Source: Erysipelothrix larvae (GTDB lineage Bacteria > Bacillota_I > Bacilli_A > Erysipelotrichales > Erysipelotrichaceae). From it: 32,000 bases of DNA. Made by a program: the position numbers and the translations under genes. Where the stretch lies: the NCBI RefSeq assembly GCF_001545095.1, contig NZ_CP013213.1, positions 1,620,001 to 1,652,000 on the forward strand. Direction: 5' to 3'. The stretch's first letter is position 1; each line of letters opens with the position of its first letter. Positions 25,943 through 32,000 of the stretch are shown piece after piece. The notes below the pieces were generated by a model. That model did not search any database. It was not told the origin of the DNA and was given only the letters and a program-made list of their open reading frames with translations.

Positions 25943-26688
25943 GCGTTATATACCTCCTCATGTATTCGATACAGCTGTTTGATTTGTTCTTTCATGTGTT
26001 GGGGATCACCGGTTGTGAAGACACGGTGTGTCGGCAATCCATCGCTTTCATAATGTGCTTGAATAAACGTGCGAATGGGTTCAATTGAATCCACGATCTG
26101 TGCGTCTGTTGTTTTTAGAAAAAGATGTTTTACTAATGGGTAATGGGTACACCCTAAAATAATGTGTGTGCGTCCCGTTAGGTTCTCCAAGCCTTCATAA
26201 ATCATCAATTCAATTTCCTTTTCAGGGATCAAAGATTCAATGGCACTGGCAAGAAGTGGCAGTGGTTTTTCAATGATTTCGCCTAAATGATTTCGATGAT
26301 AGGCTTTTGAATAGGCATGTGAGCTTACCGTAGCTTGTGTTGCGAGTACCGCAACATGGCGTGCATTATCAGGTAATGCATTGATTGTAAGATCAATAAT
26401 TCCCCAAATACGCATTGTGGGGTATCGTCGTTTCAACTCAGGAAGTGCAACAGAGGTTGCGGTATTGCATGCGAGTAAGACATCATAAATCCCATGTTTA
26501 TTGAACCATTCCATTGCGAGTGATGCAAGTTCAATGATTTCATCGTTGGACAAGTTTCCGATTGGGGCTCGTTTTTGATCGGCATACAACGTCAAAGATA
26601 ACATTGGAAAATGCTCTTTGAGGTCTTTAAAAATTGTATATCCCCCCAAGCCTGAATCAAATAATCCAAGTTTTCTAATTTTCTTCAA
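25939..26688 (-). CDS. murI: Glutamate racemase
   Basis: 249-aa ORF with LGLFDSGLGGYT, the first catalytic Cys in ACNTATS and the second in LGCTHYP. It has a TTG start at 26688, with GGAG about 9 nt upstream inside the uvrC 3' end. Confidence 0.9.
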   Translation of the reverse strand: MKKIRKLGLFDSGLGGYTIFKDLKEHFPMLSLTLYADQKRAPIGNLSNDEIIELASLAMEWFNKHGIYDVLLACNTATSVALPELKRRYPTMRIWGIIDLTINALPDNARHVAVLATQATVSSHAYSKAYHRNHLGEIIEKPLPLLASAIESLIPEKEIELMIYEGLENLTGRTHIILGCTHYPLVKHLFLKTTDAQIVDSIEPIRTFIQAHYESDGLPTHRVFTTGDPQHMKEQIKQLYRIHEEVYNA

Positions 26689-26694
26689 ACGTGC

Positions 26695-28446
26695 TCACTC
26701 CATTTCTAAATGTAGTAGTTCATAGATGTTTTGCGCAACGGATGTTGATACAACTGCGCTTAATTCTTCAATTGATGCTTGTCGCATATTTTTTAATGAC
26801 CCAAACTTCGCATATAATTGTTTCTTACCAACAGACCCCAATCCTTCAACCTCGTCAAGAATGGATGCGGTCATTTTTTTCTTTCGCAACAAGCGGTGGT
26901 ATGTAATAACATAACGGTGTACCTCATCTTGCATTTGTGTTAAGAGGTTAAATAAGGCACTTGAGAGTGACACACTTTTTTCTTGACCATCACAGTCCAT
27001 AATGCCTCGTGTACGGTGTCGATCGTCTTTCACAAGACCACAAAGTGGGATTGTTAATCCGAGATCGTCCAGTACTTCTTGTGCAGATTTCACTTGATTA
27101 AACCCACCATCCACAATAATCAAATCTGGAAATTGCGTCTGTTCTTTGAGAATTCTAAAGTAACGTCGGTAAATGACTTCGCGCATTGAAGCAAGGTCAT
27201 CACTGCCGGTGCTAAGTTTATACCTTCGGTATAATTTTCGATTGGGTTCTCCATCATCATACACCACACATGCAGATACTGCAAAGGATCCAGATATGTG
27301 AGAGTTGTCAAAGATTTCCACACGACGAATTGGTTGGTTTAGGTTGAGTGTGTGTTGCAATTCAACCAATGCACTCTCAAGGTGTTCTTGGCGCGATTGG
27401 AGGACTTCAAACTGGGATTCCAGTTGAATCTCAGCATTGCGTTTTCCAATATCAAGCAGTTGTCGTTTGTTTCCACGTTGTGGATGTGATACCTTAATCC
27501 CTAACAGTTCTTCAAGACTTTGAGCATCCACAATGTTTGGGACATAGACGTGTTTGGGTTTGGGTTGACGTTCATAAAACTGTGATATAAAGGATAACAG
27601 TGCGTCTTCAGGATCTTCTAAAGTAGCTTCAAGCGCCATGGTTTTTTCTAAAAGTCGGCCAGAACGCACAAATAATCCAACAATCGCAAGATATCCACGA
27701 TGGACGGCATAACTAAACATATCAAACGATTCACGGATGGAGAATTGAACTTGTTGGCGATCGCTAATGTAATCCAAGGCCTCCAGTTTCTCCTTATAAT
27801 GACTTGCGACTTCAAAGTTTAAGGTTTCACTGGCATGCATCATTTTTTCAACCAGGGCATCTCTAAATCCTTTGTCGTTGCCTTGTAAGACTTTTACGAG
27901 GTTTTGACGCCATGCATCAATTTCCGCTTCACTCCATACTGCTTCAGTATGATTCAGTGTTGTGTAAATCTTTTGTTTATTGGGCACAAATCCGGCGTCG
28001 CTGGGTAAGGTTTCACTCAGAAGCTCAGACATTTTACGTGCTGCTGTGGCATTTGGATAGGGTCCAAAGTACATAAACTTAGGATTCTGTTTTCGATCGC
28101 GTGACACACTTACCACCGGTATGCCTGTACGGTTGAGTTTTAAGTACGGGTAGGATTTATCATCAATGAAGATGATGTTGAATTTAGGGCGGTGTTCTTT
28201 GATTAAATTGATTTCAAGAATCAGGGATTCTTTTTCTGTTTTAGTAACCAGAATATCAAAGTCTTCAATCTCACTGACAAGGCGTGTTGTCTTGTGATCA
28301 TGAGCACCGGTAAAATATGAAGAGACACGGTTTTTGAGATTTTTTGCCTTACCGACATAGATAATCGTGCCGTGTTTGTCCTTCATTTGATAACAGCCTG
28401 GTTCAGGTGGTAGTACGCTCAATTTTTCCTTCAGTGTGAGTTTCAT
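26695..28446 (-). CDS. uvrC: Excinuclease ABC subunit C
   Basis: 583-aa ORF with an N-terminal GIY-YIG domain (PGCYQMKDKHGTIIYVGKAKNLKNRVSSYF), a UvrBC-like middle region and a C-terminal (HhH)2 region. An ATGA overlaps mutS2 (28443-28446). Confidence 0.95.
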   Translation of the reverse strand: MKLTLKEKLSVLPPEPGCYQMKDKHGTIIYVGKAKNLKNRVSSYFTGAHDHKTTRLVSEIEDFDILVTKTEKESLILEINLIKEHRPKFNIIFIDDKSYPYLKLNRTGIPVVSVSRDRKQNPKFMYFGPYPNATAARKMSELLSETLPSDAGFVPNKQKIYTTLNHTEAVWSEAEIDAWRQNLVKVLQGNDKGFRDALVEKMMHASETLNFEVASHYKEKLEALDYISDRQQVQFSIRESFDMFSYAVHRGYLAIVGLFVRSGRLLEKTMALEATLEDPEDALLSFISQFYERQPKPKHVYVPNIVDAQSLEELLGIKVSHPQRGNKRQLLDIGKRNAEIQLESQFEVLQSRQEHLESALVELQHTLNLNQPIRRVEIFDNSHISGSFAVSACVVYDDGEPNRKLYRRYKLSTGSDDLASMREVIYRRYFRILKEQTQFPDLIIVDGGFNQVKSAQEVLDDLGLTIPLCGLVKDDRHRTRGIMDCDGQEKSVSLSSALFNLLTQMQDEVHRYVITYHRLLRKKKMTASILDEVEGLGSVGKKQLYAKFGSLKNMRQASIEELSAVVSTSVAQNIYELLHLEME

Positions 28447-30728
28447 TGTTTCAACACGACTTTCGTAGCACCCGTGCCACCTTCGTTCACAGCTGCAAGC
28501 TCAAAACTAGCGATGTTTTTATTACGTCGAAGGTATTCATGGACCGCTTTTCTTAAGGTGCCGCTTCCATGACCGTGTACGATCCTAAAGGTATTCACGC
28601 GATTTAATATGCATGAATCAACAAACTGTTCGACTTCAGGCATTGCTTCTGCAACCCGTTTCCCAATAATATTGAGTTCTGTTTTTTGCGGGGTGATGCG
28701 TGAGACTGAGTGGCTTTTTTGTTTCGCCTTTTTCTTTTTCACAGGACCTGCAAGGCGATCAAGTTTATTAACATCGACTTGTAGCGTCAGTGAACCGACT
28801 GCAACATAAGCCGTCGTTTTTTCGATTTTTTCAAGGATTCCAACCTGTCCTGTTGTTGCAATCTTCACCCGATCTCCGACACCTACCGGCTCAACCACAA
28901 TCTTTGGTTTTGCCTTCTCAATGGTTTCTAAGACGGCTTTTCGTTCTTGTGGTTTACTGTTAGTTTTATTCAGGGTTTCGATTTGTTGTTTCAAGGCTTC
29001 AAGTTGTTGGTCAAAGGCAGCATTCTTTTCATCCAACCATTGACGTTTTTCTTTTTGAACGCGCTCAAGGGTTTGTTCAACCGTTTTCTCAAGCGTCACT
29101 TTTTCATGTTCAAAAGCGTCTTTTTGCGCTTGCAATTCAACACTCATATCATCATACATCTTGATGCGTGTTTCTAAGAGTTCAAGGAGCTGATCTGCTT
29201 CTTGAGTGCTTTCTTTTTTATATTCCCATGCTTGATTGACAATGGTTTCATTTAATCCCAAACGCTTTGCAATTGATAAGGCATTGGACTCACCCATGAC
29301 ATGTTCACGATAGCGATAAGTTGGTGATAAGGTATCCATATCAAACGCAACCGATGCAATCAAGATATCATCGTGTTTTGTCCCATATTGTTTTAATTTT
29401 GAGAAATGGGTTGTCGCGATCACAAAGCATCCGACATGTCTGAAGTAATCTAAAATTGCCATTGAAAGGGATTCCCCTTCTAATGGATCGGTTTGAGACC
29501 CTAACTCATCCAGTAGGACTAAGGAGCGTGGGGTTGCTTTCTCACATACGATCTTCATGGTTTCTAAGTGTGCAGAAAATGAAGACAATGATTTTTCGAT
29601 GGATTGTTGGTCTCCAATATCCACAAATATTTGGTCAACAAACATCACTTCTGCTTCTTGAGCAAGAATCGGAAACCCACATAATGTCATTAAGACACTT
29701 AAACCCATTGTTTTTAAGCTGACACTTTTTCCCCCTGTATTGGGACCACTGATAATCACTGTTCGATACGGTGGTTTTAAGGTATACGTATTAGCAACCA
29801 CTTCTTTATCATCAATGAGGGGGTGGCGTGCTTTGATAATATTTAAGGTATCATCACTCAAGCGTGCAACACATCCATCATGGATGCGTCCCCAATCTGC
29901 TTTCGCAAAGAGTTCATCAATCATACCACAGGTGTTGAGATCGGCAATTAATTGATCTGCATCTTGACCAATAGCGTGGGATGTTTCTTTGCATATGCGG
30001 TCAATTTCTTCTTTTTCTTTCGCGTATGCACCCATCAGGTCGGCGTGCAGTCGGGCAATACTTTGGGGTTCAAAGTAGACCGATTGACCACTTGCAGAGT
30101 ATCCATACACTGTTCCATCAAACTTGTTTTTATCACTGTTACGAATTAAAAAGGTACGGCGACCTTGATGTAAGGTTACAACAGGCTCCGCTAAAATGTC
30201 TTTATTTTTGGATAGAAACTCCTGTGTTTTAGCTTCAAGGCTTTGTTTCTTTTGTGCGATTTCTTTTCGAACGTCTCGTAAAGTGTCACTGGCACGATCT
30301 AAGACTTCAGATGTCTCAGAGAAACAATGGTCAATGTGATTTAGTAAGTGTTGATTAATTACAATACTTTCAAACAAATCTTCCAAGGGTTCAAACGATT
30401 CTTCAAGACTTTGGAATTGTTTTTTTAGGCGTTGTGACCCTTGCATAAAGCGACCCGTAAAGACAATCTCTTCAATTGAAAGCACCCCGCCTTTTGAGGC
30501 ACGGATGAGATGTGGGGTAATATCACGAATTCCACCAAAGGATAATGGACCAAACTTGATCAGCAAGTCCATGGCACTTCGCAATCGAGTCAGTTCACGT
30601 TGTGTATTTAAACGCGAAAAAGAAGGTTCACTCTCAAGGACCCTCTTTTTACCCAGTGAAAACGCAGCACGCGAAGCAACGCGTTCACATATTTTGTCAA
30701 ATTCTAAGCGATTATATAGATCATTCAT
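28443..30728 (-). CDS. mutS2: Endonuclease MutS2 (MutS domain + C-terminal Smr domain)
   Basis: 761-aa ORF with a Walker A motif (ISGPNTGGKS), LLDELGSQTDP and a C-terminal Smr domain (LNIIGKRVAEAMPEV...RIVHGHGSGTLRKAV). It overlaps cvpA by 8 nt. Confidence 0.95.
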   Translation of the reverse strand: MNDLYNRLEFDKICERVASRAAFSLGKKRVLESEPSFSRLNTQRELTRLRSAMDLLIKFGPLSFGGIRDITPHLIRASKGGVLSIEEIVFTGRFMQGSQRLKKQFQSLEESFEPLEDLFESIVINQHLLNHIDHCFSETSEVLDRASDTLRDVRKEIAQKKQSLEAKTQEFLSKNKDILAEPVVTLHQGRRTFLIRNSDKNKFDGTVYGYSASGQSVYFEPQSIARLHADLMGAYAKEKEEIDRICKETSHAIGQDADQLIADLNTCGMIDELFAKADWGRIHDGCVARLSDDTLNIIKARHPLIDDKEVVANTYTLKPPYRTVIISGPNTGGKSVSLKTMGLSVLMTLCGFPILAQEAEVMFVDQIFVDIGDQQSIEKSLSSFSAHLETMKIVCEKATPRSLVLLDELGSQTDPLEGESLSMAILDYFRHVGCFVIATTHFSKLKQYGTKHDDILIASVAFDMDTLSPTYRYREHVMGESNALSIAKRLGLNETIVNQAWEYKKESTQEADQLLELLETRIKMYDDMSVELQAQKDAFEHEKVTLEKTVEQTLERVQKEKRQWLDEKNAAFDQQLEALKQQIETLNKTNSKPQERKAVLETIEKAKPKIVVEPVGVGDRVKIATTGQVGILEKIEKTTAYVAVGSLTLQVDVNKLDRLAGPVKKKKAKQKSHSVSRITPQKTELNIIGKRVAEAMPEVEQFVDSCILNRVNTFRIVHGHGSGTLRKAVHEYLRRNKNIASFELAAVNEGGTGATKVVLKQ

Positions 30729-31386
30729 AGTGATTTAAAAACTCCCTAATCGCACTGTCAGTAAATCCTTGAGACTGAAGCCACAACACCATTTGATCTT
30801 CTTGTTGTTGGGTTAAGCTGCGGTTTGTGAGAATTGATTGCAGTGCACTATTTTTATTTAATTCATCATTCACAGTCGAAATCAGTGGGCTTGTGATATT
30901 ACGAATCGGCCCTAATACTGTTTTATCCACAACTACCTGGCCATTGGACACAATTGGAAGGGATAAAAATACAATCAGTAAAAGCACGTAGACGCAATAG
31001 ACAACCACACTAAAAATGCCACCTGCAACGGAATTAACTTGTTTAATAAGAGGCATTTTTGAAATCAAGGATGCAAGTGGTGTAACCACAAGCAAGATAA
31101 TACGGATCAGAATCAGTAAGATTCCAAACCACGCAAGTTGGTTTAAGGATGCATTTAAAGAGGTGTCAAGCGCTTCAATCTGAGTTGCTTCAACACTCAC
31201 AAGGGAAATGATGCGCGCAAACACTGGTGAAAATAACCATGCAACGATTGCGGATACACCCCAAGATATTAAATCGAGTACTTGTAAAAGGAATCCCTTT
31301 TTATAGCCTCGATAAAGGACAAACAAAAATAGCAATACCAATAGTGGGTTTATATACAGTATAATAGGTTCTGGAATCGAGAACAT
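30721..31386 (-). CDS. cvpA: CvpA-family membrane protein with an extended soluble C-terminus
   Basis: 221-aa ORF whose N-terminus (LLVLLFLFVLYRGYKKGFLLQVLDLISWGVSAIVAW) is CvpA-like. It has 4 hydrophobic spans and a hydrophilic tail of about 70 aa. SD AAGGAG is present. The position next to mutS2 and rnhC matches the Bacillus yshB context. Confidence 0.7.
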   Translation of the reverse strand: MFSIPEPIILYINPLLVLLFLFVLYRGYKKGFLLQVLDLISWGVSAIVAWLFSPVFARIISLVSVEATQIEALDTSLNASLNQLAWFGILLILIRIILLVVTPLASLISKMPLIKQVNSVAGGIFSVVVYCVYVLLLIVFLSLPIVSNGQVVVDKTVLGPIRNITSPLISTVNDELNKNSALQSILTNRSLTQQQEDQMVLWLQSQGFTDSAIREFLNHYE

Positions 31387-31465
31387 GGACCTTCACTCCT
31401 TATCTTATTTTATTATACACAACATTTCTCTTTTAAAAAAGGGAGATATCGTCTATATTATTAGT

Positions 31466-32000
31466 ATGGAAACTAAATCACTGACATTAACTCAAAAACA
31501 AATCGATGACTTAAAGGTGCGTCATAAGGATGCATCCTTTCGTTATGATATCGCGCATACGCAATTTCAACTCAAAGGTTCAGATTACACCATCACAGTT
31601 TACACTTCTTGTAAAGTGGTGTTTCAAGGTGAGAATTTGGATCTAATCCTTTCACCCTATGCACCCACATCCTCATCCAAACCATCCACTAAACCCCTCA
31701 CACCACACCTACCCATGGCAGGCAGTGATGAAGTGGGGACCGGTGATTATTTTGGTCCGGTTACAGTGTGTGCATGTATTGTGACGCAAGAAAATGCCAA
31801 CCACTTACCTTTAGACTTAATCCTTGATTCAAAGCTGATGAAGGATGATGTCATCATGAACATTGCACCGCAATTAATGGATGTTTTGGACTATAGCTTG
31901 TTGATTCTTGACAACAAGACCTATAATGACACCCATAAAATCTATAACTTAAACCAAATTAAGGCACGCTTACACAATCAAGCCTATCTTCATCTCTCTA
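31466..32000 (+). CDS. rnhC: Ribonuclease HIII (partial; the 3' end runs off the window)
   Basis: My own translation from ATG 31466 reads METKSLTLTQKQIDDLK...MAGSDEVGTGDYFGPVTVCACIV. It shows the N-terminal RNase HIII-specific domain followed by the catalytic DEVG-type motif. No stop occurs before the window end. Confidence 0.85.
   Translation, partial: METKSLTLTQKQIDDLKVRHKDASFRYDIAHTQFQLKGSDYTITVYTSCKVVFQGENLDLILSPYAPTSSSKPSTKPLTPHLPMAGSDEVGTGDYFGPVTVCACIVTQENANHLPLDLILDSKLMKDDVIMNIAPQLMDVLDYSLLILDNKTYNDTHKIYNLNQIKARLHNQAYLHLS

Overview
AT-rich chromosomal window from a low-GC Gram-positive bacterium. The phylum call (Bacillota) is an inference from gene content and order (rnhC / cvpA-mutS2, LPXTG protein, PTS and PRD genes); GC was judged by eye, not computed. 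I support 27 protein genes (25 on the minus strand), one tRNA-Arg(UCU), and several intrinsic terminators and candidate regulatory sites. I saw no rRNA, CRISPR array, IS element, integrase or phage genes.

Layout:
- 1-6485: a very compact operon led by its own PRD/EIIB-like regulator. It encodes a stand-alone PRD protein, an 'SFCGS' glycine-rich protein, a small soluble protein, two Gly-rich polytopic membrane proteins, an amidohydrolase and a SelA/DgaE-like PLP enzyme that runs off the left edge.
- 6958-11872: a DUF1835-like protein, two Cof-type HAD phosphatases, a patatin-like lipase and an M20 amidohydrolase.
- 12280-18505: a beta-glucoside block with an RpiR regulator, a GH1 enzyme, an orphan PTS EIIC, a YxjI/LURP-one-like protein and a second GH1 6-phospho-beta-glucosidase.
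- 18843-18918: tRNA-Arg(UCU), followed by a single-gene surface-adhesin locus (1088-aa LPXTG protein with 282-bp tandem CnaB-type repeats).
- 23297-32000: nox, then a coupled housekeeping operon (cvpA-mutS2-uvrC-murI-metallophosphoesterase-ICMT-like methyltransferase), and divergent rnhC (partial).

The best candidate for an undescribed system is the 1-6485 operon. From memory it matches the comparative-genomics-only 'EF_0829-EF_0839 / AHA_3910-3915' neighbourhood (DUF4310/4311/4312/SFCGS), for which I know of no experimentally defined substrate or transport mechanism. All family assignments come from reading the translations, not from searches.
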